This document shows positions 11,937 through 26,059 of a DNA stretch of 64,000 nt, piece after piece. Source of the stretch: Paraphysomonas bandaiensis (lineage: Eukaryota > Protista > Chrysophyceae); NCBI GenBank assembly GCA_965644295.1, contig CBFFRP010000412.1:1-64000 (forward strand), in the 5' to 3' direction. The notes beneath the pieces were generated by a model. It searched no databases. It worked only from the letters and a program-made list of their open reading frames with translations, and had not been told where the DNA came from. The position numbers and the translations under genes are program-made. Each line of letters begins with the position of its first letter. Position 1 is the stretch's first letter.

Positions 11937-14900
11937 CATGTCCGTGGTTTGCGAAAAACCTCCAAGTTTTTTCCGCCCCCGTCCGGACCGCTAAGAAAAG
12001 TTGTTTAAAAAACTTCCCAAGTTTGCGTCCAAAGTTAAAAGTCCGAACAACCGTTTTTTGATAAAAAGTCCAAAAATGTCGTTCTAAACTCTCATTTTTA
12101 TCTCGTTTCAGTGACATTGTCAACACAATTAACACAACAGTTGAACTGACCCGACAGTGCAATTCCTTCGACTTGTTTTTGAATAATGTCTGATTTGTGT
12201 TCTTTCAGCGACTTCTTTGCATGACTTCAAAAGCATACGAGAAGAGAACCGACAAGACGCCATAGACAAGCTCCAGGCAGCTAAATTTGCAAAAGTACAG
12301 TCGAAAGTCGAAAGACAGTTATGGATCTGATGTTAACCTCAATGATGTTCTCGATGATTATTAGAACGGCAGTCCTCGCAGTATTTCTGAATTTTGAGGC
12401 CAGCACATTATTAGTCGAGGAGTGTTCTTCAGGTAACTCTTTTCTGCCGGAGCATATGTATTTATGATGAAATGTCTGTCTTTTAGAGCCAAGGATAAGC
12501 GAGAAAGAGGTTTAGACTTCAATCGTAGCTATACTGGCCATACCGCGTGGACGGACGAAAGCGGTGTGGCAATCATGTCCGATGTGAGATATGATGCCAC
12601 TGCAACTGGGAACTCGTTCACTTCTGCGTCCGGCGGGGTTTTGTTAAGACACTGACCAGTGTAGGGGCTGTCAACAAGATTGATAGGGCAACTTCCTTAA
12701 GGAGCCCAAGGAGCCCTATAGAAGTATTTGAATATGATGTCCCCTCGTATTGAGCCAAAGCCTTCCACAATCAATGCGCGAAGGCAGGAGGGCATCCGTG
12801 ATGCCTTCAATTTCGTATCATCTTAGGGGTATCATCCGAAAATTCTCAAGACAACCGATTTTAGCCGTGGAACAAGTCCAATTGGGACACTCACAACATT
12901 ATGCTAGAATTTTCATAAGCAGTGCAAAGGTATGTATCGTTGGCGATTTGTGGTTACTTTATTTACAGAATTTTATAACAGAATATGAAGAAATTAATGA
13001 AAAGAAACGTCCTCTCTGTCGCGATTGTCAAGAAGGAGAAGAAGACACGATCCGTGAAGAGTACAGCCACCATGAGTGCAGAGTCTGCCCTACATAGTCA
13101 TAATGTAGTAATCCGGGGACGCAAATACAAGGATTTGAAGTGCTTCAACTTTGACATGAATGGATGGGTGCAGATTATTATTTTCCGTCCTGCACACAGG
13201 AAGAAACAGCATACTGAGAGCAAAACTACAGATTACGATACAATCTGGAGGACATGCATATGGAGGTAGTGATGAGGAGTAAGAAATGGTTCAAGAATTT
13301 AAAGGAATATAAAAGCGGCGATGGGGAAGATTCAAACCCAAGCGGATGACCCAGGCGACGGTAGCGTGTGTGTGCGATGTGAATCTTGGTGCTGTTATAC
13401 GTCATCAGAATGCTCAGAGATAATGCGCCGACACAGTGAAGAGTACCGCAGATAAAACACATAGGTAGCGGAATTATGTTGTTTTGTTACCGCTGATTTA
13501 ATATTGTTTTCTTTTGGTAGTATAAACGTATAAACGCTAATAACTATACGCCATTAACTAATTATTTTGCGATGTATAATACGAATTGCAAAGCTGGTAC
13601 TACTATCAAACAATTTTATTTAACCACCGTCTGTATTATGATACTACAGCCTGGCTAGCTACAGCTACAAACTCAAGAGAGTGGAGCTTACAGAAACAAA
13701 AGTTGAGGACTAAAGCAGATCAATTATTAGGTTTACTTCCAGAAGTAATGAGAATGCAGGTATTCAGAAGTCAACTACAATTATGTAAGTAGTACTAGCT
13801 AGTGATTGTGTTTGTGGGGTGTGGGGTTAAGAGTCAGAACTAATGTTGCTCTGACTCTTCCACTGTTATTGCTAATAATAAGACATTCACAACTGAGGCT
13901 TGTGTGCGGAATGCAAAATGATGCCATGGCAAAGGTTTAGAGATACAGTGAGATGTGACATTATATGATCAAAAAGAATCCCACAATCCATAATAATACC
14001 AAATCAGTATCGTTACTTTATTAATTGCTAGTATGCACAACTGAAATACATGTGAGCTTGATATTATTATAGTACCGTAGCTTTTATTAGTAAGTGTATT
14101 ACTTGCATATTGCCTTCGTACTCCATGAGGCACTGCTCTGCTAGCAGGTAGTAGCCACTGTATGGACAGCAAGAACACATTATACTACTTCATGATGTCT
14201 ATAATCTAGAAATGCATAGTTATTTACAATTATAATTTGGTAGCAATACTGCGGTCTACAGAGAATCACACCACAACAGGCATATCACAAGTATACTTGG
14301 GCATATTCTAAGGGTTACCATCAGTGTGAGAGCCCAAGTGCTTAAAAAATTGCTCCCTTGAATGTTGACACTATTTACACTCGTTGGTGTCTCTATGTAA
14401 TCTCCGTCAGGCACAGAAGTGGACAACATAACAGAAACAGTTTCCTCATTCGCCTTATCAACAAGAATGAACACACCCGCTCCGTTCTTCCAATTCTTGT
14501 GACCCGAATTGCTACAATTACCATTCGTCTAATTCCTATAAAATAGATTGTTCCTCATAAATATGTATAAACGCATAGATAGACAAAAATAGCTACCTGA
14601 GGAGCACTCTTCGAGAAAATTTTGCTCTCAGCAGTACAGGTTCACACTGCCTAACTGCGCAACCTCGCTCTAATCAAAACCATTATTGAGGTCAACATCA
14701 GATCCATAACTGTCTTTCGACTGTGCTTTTGCAAATTTAGCTGCCTGGAGCTTGTCTATGGCGTCTTGTCGGTTCTCTTCTCGTATGCTTTTGAAGTCAT
14801 GCAAAGAAGTCACTGAAAGAACACAAATCAGACATTATTCAAAAACAAGTCGAAGGAATTGCACATCACTCATATATGTGAGAGCCCATCTGTATACAAA

Positions 14901-16442
14901 CGTTTTAAGATCTTCATGTCGAAAATTCAATGTAGGATGTGAGGGGTACTCGATGAATTGGAACGATATAGGAAACCTTGCGATATTGAAAGAAGCAGTA
15001 AATGAAATAAAATCTGGTTGCATATTCGTGTCAAGTGGTCCATGATTGCCATAGAATGATAAGTGTCCAGTGTTGGGTCAGTTCAAGTGTTGTGTTAATT
15101 GTATTTCAATGTCACTGAAACGAGATAAAAATGAGAGTTTAGAACGACATTATGGACTTTACATATCAAGATACAAAACACCCTATAGCTAGGTGACAAT
15201 GATTGACGTCCTCATTTACATCAATACGTACAGGACACAGTGAGAAAGTATATCTTACATTCATATCAGTATATACATATCAGTTCTTGGGTGCGTCTCT
15301 CTATTACCGAACTCTATTATCGAGTTCATACGGCTCCTCCGCAGAGTATGCTGTACGTCAACAATGATTGACATGCTCCAACACAGTATCTTCATATACA
15401 TCAATACGCACAGGACACTATGAGAAAGTACCTATAAATGGTACAATCATATTAGTACATACCTTCAAATCAGAGAAGTGAATGACACTCAAGTGGAGTT
15501 ATTCGTATGTGAGGCTCTCTGATGATCATCTCTGCAGTATGAATATATTCATATGCTCTGTTTCGAACCACTAAATTGAATATTATACAAAATCATCCGA
15601 TCATATTACCTGAGAGCCCTCTGGTGCTATATGACAGTCATGGTCACGGAATCAACTCTGCTATCTCTGTCTTTGAAATAGACCAACTCTCCTGTATGAT
15701 TGCCACTTAACCATACCTTTCACCAGCTAAATCAACAATCAGCAGCATGTGGTATGAAAGAACTATGAGCTCATGTATTCCCAGTGAGGTTATGATCATA
15801 TCAGCCTGTGTTCCTCTTATTACTATAAAAGTATCGCATCGTATCCTGCATGTGAAGCTAACAGACATCTGTCTCTGGCGTATCGGCAGTCAGCATCTTA
15901 TTTTTCGGAAATAAATTGAATCAAAACTCATCTATATTACTGTGATACAAGTATGGCTAGAATACAGATAATTATTGCCTCAATATTAGAGGCATCTCGG
16001 AACAAAAATATACGAAGGATACCGATAAGTGGATTGTGTGGACAATATGCCGATTATTATCTTGAAAATGTGTAGTTTTGTGACATTTTTGAGTGAAAAA
16101 CCAGGGGATTTTTTAGTTTAGGTTGTGTAATTCATTTTACATAGTTCTTCTAGTTTCGCTAAACCCAAAAACTCACACACACTTCAATAGATAATAATTT
16201 TTCTCGTGTAAATTATTTTACACAACTCCCGAAAATCCTGCTTTTAGTTTTACATAGATCGGGGGGGTTTTGGACTTTTTATCAAAAAACGGTTGTTCGG
16301 ACTTTTGACGCCGGCGTCCGAGGTTTGCAAAAAGCAGGGTTTTTCCGCCGCGTCCGGACCGCTAAAAAAAGTTAAGAGGAAAACTTACAGGGTCGGTCAA
16401 AAAGAAAACAACAACAAGTTTTTTCACAAACCTCATGGCATG
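11937..16442. mobile_element. Putative foldback-like DNA element with long inverted arms carrying degenerate spliced ORFs
   Basis: 12070-12350 is inverted at 14680-14862 plus 15069-15160. 12037-12075 is inverted at 16268-16306. Imperfect catg-initiated terminal IRs. No TSD found. Confidence 0.45.
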
Positions 16443-16668
16443 CATGGTGCACAGGTTCCGCCCTAGGAATTGCTACAACACAATAAACTTTTCCTCACGT
16501 TTTGGCTAGGCAGGAAAAAAGTGCGGAATACGCAAATCCAGTGATAGAAGTTGGAATGACTGCACTGTTGTTCATTCCATCCGGCCTGCAGCAACTGTGA
16601 ACAGAGTTTCACTTAATATAGGGCCCATGACAGGAATTATTAGCAGCTAGTCATTTAAATCCTGAGGA

Positions 16669-17477
16669 ATGCATTTTAAGGCAGTCGTAATGATATCGAT
16701 TCTGTGTAATCTGGGAATCGATTGTTACGTCCACAGCACAGCCCGCTTGACAAGAACTAAGTTGTCACAATCGCCATGCGCATTCTGGTCACTTCGACAT
16801 ATGCAGTCTGATTCAAAATCGCAGTTTGCATCTCCATTAAGTCCTAGTTCGTTATCAGGTAATGTGTACAAGTGCATTTATCATCGCTTAGTGCATGTAT
16901 AGGATCTTCTGCGTCTCCAACTAAAAGTAGAAGTATTACACTTCCAGTTTTAATGAATTTGTTAAGGGATCAGTCTGAGAGCAACTGGTTTATGATGCGT
17001 AGTGCATTTTCCTTAGCATTCCTCATGATGGGAAGAGGCATTTTAGAACGTCTTTACGTTGGCCTTGGAGGGGTTTTATTGACGCATATCTTGAAACAAG
17101 TACGGCTACTATCGAATTTAATAGGATATGGTATTATTATAGTTTCAGAAATTTTAGAAAGACTTCGTAGACAGGAAGATGCAATACTGTCGAAGTGGGA
17201 CGAGGTAAAAGCAAACGTTTTAAACTTCTTTCTCCCTTCCCGAAATGAAAGGTTGATGTCATATATATATATATGGGATTTTCTTTTGGATACTATTGCG
17301 TTCAACTTTCTATTTTCAGTGACCAGTGGCTACTCAATCTTGGACAACGGTGTCCGTTGGCTGGTAGTTCTAGTATCTTCTGATAGTTTTTTCAGTTTAT
17401 TGCGAGACACTTTTCTCCTGATGGCTGCAAGGAGAGTCTTCCCTCTCTGGATCTTGGGGTTGATCAGAAAAGAATAG
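16669..17477 (+). CDS. Small hypothetical protein, possibly with bipartite signal plus transit peptide (multi-exon)
   Basis: MHFKAVVMISILCNLGIDC-Y followed by an S/T/R-rich stretch. GT-AG intron at about 16859-16902 links to ORF 16872-17477, which has a hydrophobic segment. Confidence 0.45.
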
Positions 17478-17568
17478 TGCGTGTACATAGGATAGTTTTT
17501 AAAAGCACTTGATCACTAATAACACATCATGATTGTTATGTTATAATAATAATAAAAAACAGTGGTGT

Positions 17569-17680
17569 ATAGAGCGAAAGTGGTCGCACCTTGGTAATTG
17601 CGATGACTCACAAGCAACTTTCGTAGCGTTAAATATAGTAGCATATATATCAGAGTTAAGCGCCCTAATAGTTCTGATTC
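17569..17680 (+). mobile_element. Diverged LINE/SINE 3'-tail fragment
   Basis: agagcgaaagtggtcgcaccttgg...cacaagcaactttcgtagcgttaaa. Confidence 0.75.
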
Positions 17681-17719
17681 TTAATTGTAATATATAATAG
17701 GACATTCACTAACTAACTG

Positions 17720-17950
17720 GATCCTACCGACAAGAACTTCTCTCCGACTCTTCCAAATCAGAACGAGGCCATCAAATGGGCTCACTCCGGCAGGGAGGCT
17801 GTCATTTGGCTCACGGATGATGAAGACGAGTGGAGTCACGGGCCACGGGTACACCAAGAATCTACCACTCAAGACCCCCGCGCGAGACGTACCTGAACTT
17901 TTGGACCTTACGCGTACAAGCTCCTGCTTTGGGCATTGCCATGGCTCTCT
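17720..17950 (+). pseudogene. RNase H-region fragment of a related LINE
   Basis: gacgtacctgaacttttggaccttacgcgtacaagctc aligns with 27877-27915, and the preceding W-A-H...W..D.W stretch aligns with 27770-27840. Confidence 0.65.
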
Positions 17951-18337
17951 GTAACTTTTGTGTACCCTTGTTATGATTCACAAACCGCTGACACCTCACC
18001 CTCTCCACCCCAGTATATTCCCGTCATGTTCACCTTGAATTCAGAGCCTACGAATCCTCTCAAGCTGAACCTGTAACAGAATATTGCCACTCCCGCAGGT
18101 CGAGCGATTCTGCACAAGTACCTTCACCCAAAATCAATCAAAATCAAATGGCAGTCAATTCGGTGGCAGAGTAATCTATTTCCTGATGCGAAGAGGGGTT
18201 GTAGTTTTGATGACAGCAGTCCGCCAATCAGACAAAACAGACCCCCATCTATCACGAGGGCAAATACCCACAAAACGTCCACCTATTCTAACGTTGCTTG
18301 GAGTGACCAGGCGGTGAGCCCCATATTGACAGCGTAA

Positions 18338-19237
18338 CTAATCACTGCGTGGCATACGGAGGTTACTAGCACACTTCAGAGTTCGTAGCTGTCGGCACAA
18401 ATCAGTCAAGTTGTCCACCAGGCCTGAATACCCATTGGAAATATAAAGCATAACAGCCAGACTCAATTTGTGACTAGCACAGCCTATGAGGGGAACAGGT
18501 CTGCCAACTAAATTACCAATTAGACGTGCCAATTTCGGATTACAACTTGTATTGTCACCCGATATGAACTCAATTGCATTGAAATCACATCCAACCAGCT
18601 GCAACTCATCGAATAAGTAGTCTCCTAGTGACTCAGCAGTAAAATCCATGTCCGAGTCTTCGTCTTCATCTTGCACACCACAGCAAAGTAGCACTTCCTG
18701 TACCTCATTGGCATCATCGGTCCATGTCGCAAAAACAGCAAAGTAATGTTCCTTGCTGCACGTCCATCCATCAACAATCAAACCGAAATGCATTGGAAGC
18801 ATTACTTTGATCCTGCTTTCGACCTCTAAGTCCAAGGCTTCCATATACTTCATCAATGTTGATCTCGAAATATTACTCCATTTGGTGCCCTTTCGTGTCA
18901 GCGGTTTCTCCACAAAAGAAAAAGGAAGATCATCCATTATCACCCACTCTAACCAGTGATACGCATTCCACGCTTGAGGCGATACTTTACGCTCGACATA
19001 TTTATCCATCGCACCACCACCTCGCTGGGCAGCCAAAACTTTCTCTTTCCATCCCTCGTGTTTGATGGCATGCTGCGACAGGTTGCTCCTCCCATAACCC
19101 TTCTTTCGCTTCAGAACACCTTTTCCTACAGGGCACTCCCGGCATTGCCAAGTCTCTATTGCAACCTCTTCGTTATTATCATTTATTTTCTCAAAAAACA
19201 CTTGTGCAATGACTTCTGGTACCAGTTTATCGCTCAT
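18338..19237 (-). pseudogene. hAT transposase, truncated (oomycete-like subfamily)
   Basis: BED finger WQCRECP...NLSQHAIKH, WLEWVIMDDLPFSFVE, catalytic DGWT, GDN and CASH motifs. The catalytic E and dimerisation domain are missing. Confidence 0.9.
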
Positions 19238-19517
19238 ATCGCTAATAAAGTAAATGAATTACAATGTGAGATACTCCTATGGATAATATATAGTCTTTCA
19301 CCAATCTTCGATATTTTCGTAAGAATGGGATTTTTTCAATAAAAATGCCGTTTTTCAACAACTTTTTAGCATAAAAAGGTGGTTTTTTAAATATCAATTA
19401 ATTGACAATTAATTGAAGCAAGCTGGAGTCAATTATAATTGCAATTATGAGTCGATGTCCCAATTTCAACAATTGCAATTTCAATAATTGACAATTAATT
19501 GCAATTAGTGGGTGCTG
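18338..19517 (-). mobile_element. 3'-truncated hAT transposon (5' terminus plus transposase N-half)
   Basis: Terminus cagcaccc at 19517 with aattgcaatt subterminal arrays. ORF 19237-18338. Confidence 0.85.
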
Positions 19518-19770
19518 CTGAGTGCTACGACCGCGCACCTCTACCTATGTACACATACATGCTTCTAGAATGTGTTTACACTCCAACTAGTACGCAAACT
19601 TACACTGAGAGCAATTTAAATAATTTACCAAACTCCCAATCATCTGCATGTGTACGTAATTAGTAATAATACATAATTGTAATGTATTGAGTTTAGTTAA
19701 ATAGCTCACTGTACTTTGCACTAAACTTTACATAAATGCTACTACTCAATATGAATAAATCATTGCAATA

Positions 19771-21720
19771 TCATTTATTTTGAAAGCGTCTTTCTGCGGC
19801 ATCAGCAGCCAGTTTGCGCCGCAATAAATTTACACATGCTGAAGAACAGCAAAGTCTATCGAATACATTAAGCGCTTCTATTTTGTATAGCGATTTCTCG
19901 CAATAAGCGCATACACCTGCGCTCTCTTTGTCATTTTTCAACTTAGCCTCGAGCTCTCTCTCAGCTTTCAGTTCAGCCTCAGCCAACGCAATTTGTTCGT
20001 CTTTTTTCTTCTTCTTTGCGCGCTTCTTCTTTTCCTTTTCTTTCTCTCTTTGATGTCTCAGCTTCTCATCAGTCAGGGCACCTGGAACTCCACACTGATC
20101 CCAGTCCCACTTTTCTTCCGCAAACGCACGGTACCTACAGGTCATCATAGATGCGTAAGTGCACAAAAAGAAGACTACTACATATCGTACTCACCGTCTA
20201 AAGGCGTCCCTGGTGTCTTTATTTTTAGCCAAGAAATATGGGTATCTCCCACGCACGTCCTTGGTGCACGGCGACGCGCCTTCCTTTAGCAACGCTGTCA
20301 CCATTCTGGGCTGACTTCTCTCCGCTGCTAGGTGAAGGGGAGTCATTAGAGTGCTTAAGTCTGAGGGAAATGAGAGTTGAAAGTCCTCGTCAATTCTAAG
20401 TGTTTCCAGAGCACTGCTCACGCCACATATATCACCAGCGCATACTGAATCAACAAGATTCTGTTGTGCCGTACTCAGGAGTGGAGGAGGGGAGCTTCGA
20501 TGTGCGTCCAAGTTAGTTGAATCATTTACTTCTGCTTTTGCACAAATCTCTGGTATACAGGTCGACTGATTGTGTACAATCTGAACTCCTGTTTCCTGTG
20601 CCTCGTCTTTAACAGAGTCCACACTCTCAAAAGTAACCGTGAAGCATTTCTTGTGCACAATGCAAACCTCTTCGAAAGTCGGCTTCCCAACCATAAATGG
20701 AATACTCCTAACTCTTGCATCACTTCGTTTCAAAGGGAACTCCTTGATTTCATCACAGTACACGTAACTATTCATTGTGCGCGGCACAGCCATCAGTATC
20801 ACCAAACAGGAGTCCAGCAGTGAACGCCACTCCATAAGAAGTGTGTGGATGTCCTCCTGAAGGGCTTGTTCTCCATAACGCCTCAACATAGCTCCCACAG
20901 ACTTAGCCTTCCGTCCTCCACTATCAAACGAAGACTGTCCACCTCCGGCCTTGGCACGAACCGTATACCGGCGGAAGGTCTTATGTACCACAGGAGTGCT
21001 TCCGCAGAACACGCCAGCAGCAAATCGCCCACTACGCAGAAGAAGTACACAGGAATAGGTCGTAGTGTGTACAGCAGATAGCGTGCGTGACAGTAAAGCC
21101 CATGGGTTGTCAATACTGTTGTTGCTGCTGTTGTCTTTACTTTCAGATGATCCAACCCCAAGTACTGCAACAGATATACCGAAGGTCCAAAGGGAGTCAC
21201 ATTTTTCGAACATGACTTGCACTCCTGAGTACTTAGTGACTTTTTTGCGCACGGCCCCTTCAGACCACTGAGGCAGAGTCTCACTAGCAAACGCATCAAT
21301 GGAGGCAACCCTTGTAGTCTCAAGGTCGTTATCATCTGAGCTACTGTTTTCGTCGTCACTCTCTTGTTCGCACTCGACGTCATCTCCCTGTGATTCCAAT
21401 CCTAACACGTATCGTCTAATATTCGCCACGTGAGAATCGCTTTTAAAATGAAGCTGCTGCTCACGATGTGACATAAAATTTGCACTGCATAAGCGACATT
21501 TCCATTCCGACGTACTAGGGCTCACTGCTATCGGATTGACACTGTTAGCAGTACTGCATCCGTTGGAATCGGGGTACTTCTCGGGGCCATGGCATAAAAG
21601 TCCTGGTGGTATCGAAAACAAACTAGATTTATGAGTATGATCTCCCGCCTTAGAAGTTCTTGGTAGACTGTGCAACCACTCTTGAATGGCATCTGAACAA
21701 CTGGATATAAAACTAGACAT
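19771..21720 (-). CDS. ANKZF1: ANKZF1/Vms1 peptidyl-tRNA endonuclease (ribosome quality control)
   Basis: C2H2 finger (CRLC..HFKSDSH), VLRF1 motif HKTFRRYTVRAKAGGGQS, ankyrin TPLHLAA, coiled coil and C-terminal CAYC..CCSSAC treble clef. Intron 20135-20194. Confidence 0.93.
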
Positions 21721-22619
21721 CACAGATATATACTAAGAATGAAATATATACACGCGCTAATATCTAGCTTAACTCCCACTGCGAATTGAGTTCACAATAG
21801 TTAATATGAGAGAGAAAAAGTGAATGCAATATAATCACGACTATGATGCGCTATGAAGGACTGTCCACCTGCTGTGTCGAAGTCACGCCCAGTGTGACCA
21901 TGCCGAAATTATTGACATGCATGAAAGTTCTTCCTTCATTATTGTATTATGCTGTGTTTTCGACGTATTCCATTGTATACCTCATTTTTTGTGGGGCCAC
22001 AAAAATGGAATGGCAAGAATGCATGGCTGGATCCGAGCCAATCCGCAATGTTCATAGGAAGGAATCATGGAGAAACTTATTTAATCACTAGAAAAACAGC
22101 AACTACGAGAGAAACTTCGTTTGCGGTATGAGTAACCTAATACTGTGTTTCCATGATTGCATGGATTTGCTGATAGTCGAGGAATTCCTACTGCTCATAT
22201 AATACTTCATGATAACCTCCTCATATAAAACTTATTGCCTCATTACTCTCTCCATATATTCCTTCTTAATCCAGACTCTTGCCATAATACCCACACACCA
22301 TACTTGCTTAACGGCATCACAATGCAGAGCATCTATAGTACGCTCTTTACCTGTCCTAACTCCTGCTCAACTTCTATATTCGGAGCACCATCATGAATAT
22401 TCAAATCATAGAGGTATTGGGTTATATACATGCCTAGTTTGCACGTGATTTAAGGCGTTTGTGTTCAGGATTCACCAGTGTCATCTGAAGATCGCTTCTT
22501 ACTCTGTTCTGAGGGTGATACAGAGATAATTGTGTGTACATCATGTTGTTACAGCATAGGTGTCTCTCCATTGCACCAACTGTCTACTCTAGAAATAGCA
22601 GTTGTTAATCTTCTCTAGC

Positions 22620-23238
22620 CGCTTTACGCTGCAGCCAAACAAATGATTCAAGACCGCAGTCGTCATTATGTTACCACACCCAAAGGGCCACATAGATTCC
22701 TCCCCAGAACATATCAGAAACTTAGCAACACACCGGAAACCGCGGGTTCTTTGTTTGCTGAGTGTAACTACAAAGAGGAGAACTAGCTCACCCCACACAT
22801 CCACCTCTCCCACAATCCCTGTACAAGTGGAAATGCCACGGTGCAGCCTACGCCAGCTACTCCTCTGCCCCAGGCCCAACTCGCGGCCCGCGCCATCTCC
22901 AAACACCACCTCGCCCATGTTTCTCAGGCTAGGTACAACCGAGTTTTTGTATTCAGAATCCTGTGCCTCCACAGAGTCCTGCAGATCCCAACCCCAAGGG
23001 GCGCCCCCCTGACTAAACCCATCTGCCTTTCCAGGACTCATGTTCGTAGAGATTTTCTCCCTCACATACAAGAATGGAAGTAGTCGCACCTTGGTGCCTG
23101 AGGCGACGCACAAGCAGCATTCGTAACGTTATATAGTAGGATACGAGAATTTGTACAGGTTAGTTACAGGTAGGAGTCTATCTAGCTACTTATCTGGTGC
23201 TGATTCTCGGCGCGTATTGCTAATAATAAGTCTTGCAT
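22620..23238 (+). mobile_element. 3' fragment of a related LINE subfamily
   Basis: C/A-rich body followed by a diverged tail (ggaagtagtcgcaccttggtgcctgaggcgacgcacaagc...tattgctaataataagtc). The 5' limit is approximate. Confidence 0.65.
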
Positions 23239-23619
23239 ATATAAAGGAGCTACTAACAACAGTGACGAATAAAGAATTAATCTTTATAATAGTAAAACAA
23301 TGTTGTGATTATTAGAGTGTAAGTAAACACGATAGAGTGAGAATTATGAATGACAATATAGAACATAACTATCATGCACAACGGAATAGTAAGAAGTGTA
23401 ACTTATAATGACGACGTTATGATGACGATCATGTATCTTCGACAGATACTCTCTCTAATTCAGTTCATGATATATTTCATTGAACATTATAACTCACAGA
23501 TACAATCTTGTATTAAGCTGTCCACAGACGGAACACCCACCGACCTAAGTACCATCACCACTCCGTCCACCAGACCACTTCCACAACTCCATACTGCTGA
23601 CTGGGACAGGGACTGGCAA

Positions 23620-23990
23620 AATAAAGTTAACATCGCGTACTCCGAAAAAGAAGTCAAAAGCCTATCCCTATATGTGAAGAAAAATTTAGCAACTGACACC
23701 ATCATAGCTGAGTACAAAGGTGACCGCATTCCGACTGTCGAGACGCGCACACTCACACGCGCCGCACAGACTTTATAGTCCAAGACAGCACGGGCTCTTT
23801 TCCCATAGACGGATACGACTATGACCGTCAGCAAGTAAAATGTGCAGCGGGGTACATCAATGATCCTCTTGACCCAGATCTGGCGAATGTAAAGTTCCTC
23901 ACGAAAGACAAACGTATACATATATGTACGCTACGCCCCATTCGTAAAGACGAAGAAATCCTAATTAACTACGGACATCAGTACTGGTGT
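23620..23990 (+). pseudogene. SET domain within the LINE ORF
   Basis: LSLYVKKNLATDTIIAEYKG (frame 1). After one frameshift near 23760: IDG...AAGYINDP...ANVKF...IHICTLRPIRKDEEILINYGHQYW. This frame stays open into the endonuclease. Confidence 0.85.
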
Positions 23991-24143
23991 GATCCACGCT
24001 GGCCTTTAGAGATCCTTATTCAAGCCAGAGAGGGTTATGCAAGAGACATCCGAGGGACATCCAACGATGCATGGGATAGGATTATCGCTGACAAAAGAGG
24101 TTCAACCATCGAACATCAAGGCAACACTCCTACAGACACAGGA

Positions 24144-24965
24144 CTCCGACTCTCCACTTGGAACACAAATGGAAATCCAGTATCGTTCAGAAGCAAACTA
24201 AAGGCCATTATCCGGCATTTCAACAAGCAACAGTTAGACATACTACTGCTGCAGGACGTGAGACTAACATGTACTCAAGCCCGCTTCTTCGTGCAGACCG
24301 TTGAGGACGCCATTCAAGGATCTAGGGTATGCTTATTTCTCAACAAGACCTACAAAGTCACCAACCGTGACCCACTCATGGGAGGTACTGCAGCCATTGT
24401 GAGTGAGAGATGGAAACGCCGCCTAGCTTCCACCAAAGCGGACTTCACTGGCCTTGGTCTAGTCGCGAGACTGGAGTTCAAACCTCCCCTACACAAACAC
24501 TGGTGATAATAAGCGTTTACCTACCACCTAAACCATCCACCCCTGGCTCTTGTACCTTATGGAGCAAACTGACCACGATAGGGAAAGCGACCCGCGACAC
24601 TAAACCGGTTGCCCCATATGACCTCCTCTGCAACATCATCACTAAATGGGTTACCAAGGCCCGGGCCAGAGGTCACACGGTACTCATTGCAGGCGACTTT
24701 AACGGATCCATGGAAACGCACACCACGAGTAGAGATATACGCCCACTAGCCGGTAAACTCCAGCTGTCGGCGCCACTAATCACACAATTACTCCCACGGC
24801 AAGCTTTTCACACATTCCACAGATTGGACAAGGGAATATCGCGTATCGACCACATACTACATACGCCCCTTCCACAGCATATGCGAATCACAGACACCGG
24901 ATGCCCCAATTCCCCCACCTTAATTGCAGAAGTGTTTGATCATAGGCCGATTTGGGTTGGATTCA
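24144..24965 (+). pseudogene. APE/EEP endonuclease domain
   Basis: LRLSTWNTNG, DILLLQD, GGTAAI, IISVYLPP, IAGDFN, SRIDHI, FDHRPI. Confidence 0.92.
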
Positions 24966-26059
24966 ATATTACTGTAACACAAGATCTCTCTTCCCCAGAG
25001 TCACACTTAAAAATACCTCCTCGCCTAAATATCAACCCAAGGGATCCTGAGGAGGTAAAAGCGTACACTGCCAAACTTCTCATGCTACACGCCCTTCTGC
25101 CACCCATAGACAAGAATTTCAGCACAACACTAGACCCAGAGACTGCAGCCACCCGACTAGCGGCGATACATCACATCACCTTGCAGGCAACGCTTACAGC
25201 AAAGGGTCCCCGCTACACACGTCGCACGAAGCTCCATGACCGGTGTCAGCGAATTCGTTCACATTTTAAAGATGGTTTCTCCCCAGAAATGAGAGTAATT
25301 CAAGAAGGAATGGTCATGGTAATAAAGATAGCTCAGAAAATGTTTAATTCAGCTGGATATAAAAGACACGGATGGCGTGGATCCCCATTACGCAATCCAA
25401 TATGGCAGGAGCGCGGGAACTCGTACCTCCAAAAATCCACGGGACCTGCGAAAGGAATAGCCGACATCAACTTCAGGAATGATTATCGCTCAGCAGACCC
25501 CAGAGCCATTCTGAGCTGGACTGCCAAACAAGTCACCAAGAAGAACCTTCTTCTACACCTTGCCATTCGGATGCGAGGACTCTTGCACGGACGAGCCAGG
25601 ACGGAGATGCGAAAGAGGCTCACGGACCGCACCAACCATATGGAAGCACTACTAGTAGAGAACAGAGAAGACTACAAGCAGTACTGCAGAAGATAGGACT
25701 TAAAATCAAAACTCCACTACGACTAACGACAGTGAGAACTACTGATGGGACCCTTCTCACTTCCCCGCAAGACACCTACGAAGGAATCAACAAACACTTT
25801 CGAGTACACCACGCGGAACCTGCAGGACTGGACCCTGTAGCACAAAGACTACAGGATGAACCCACCTGCTGGTGGAAAACCCTCCTTGACCCCCAGTCGG
25901 TGACTTCCCAGGAGCCCTCCATCCATGCTCGAACATACCCCTTCCCCTACAACACGGGCTACGACGTGCACTATATGCACTAAAGTTAAACCAGAAATGG
26001 CGGACCTATTCGAAAAGGCGTTAGAGAGAAGGACATCACGCACGAAGAATTCTACTCCA

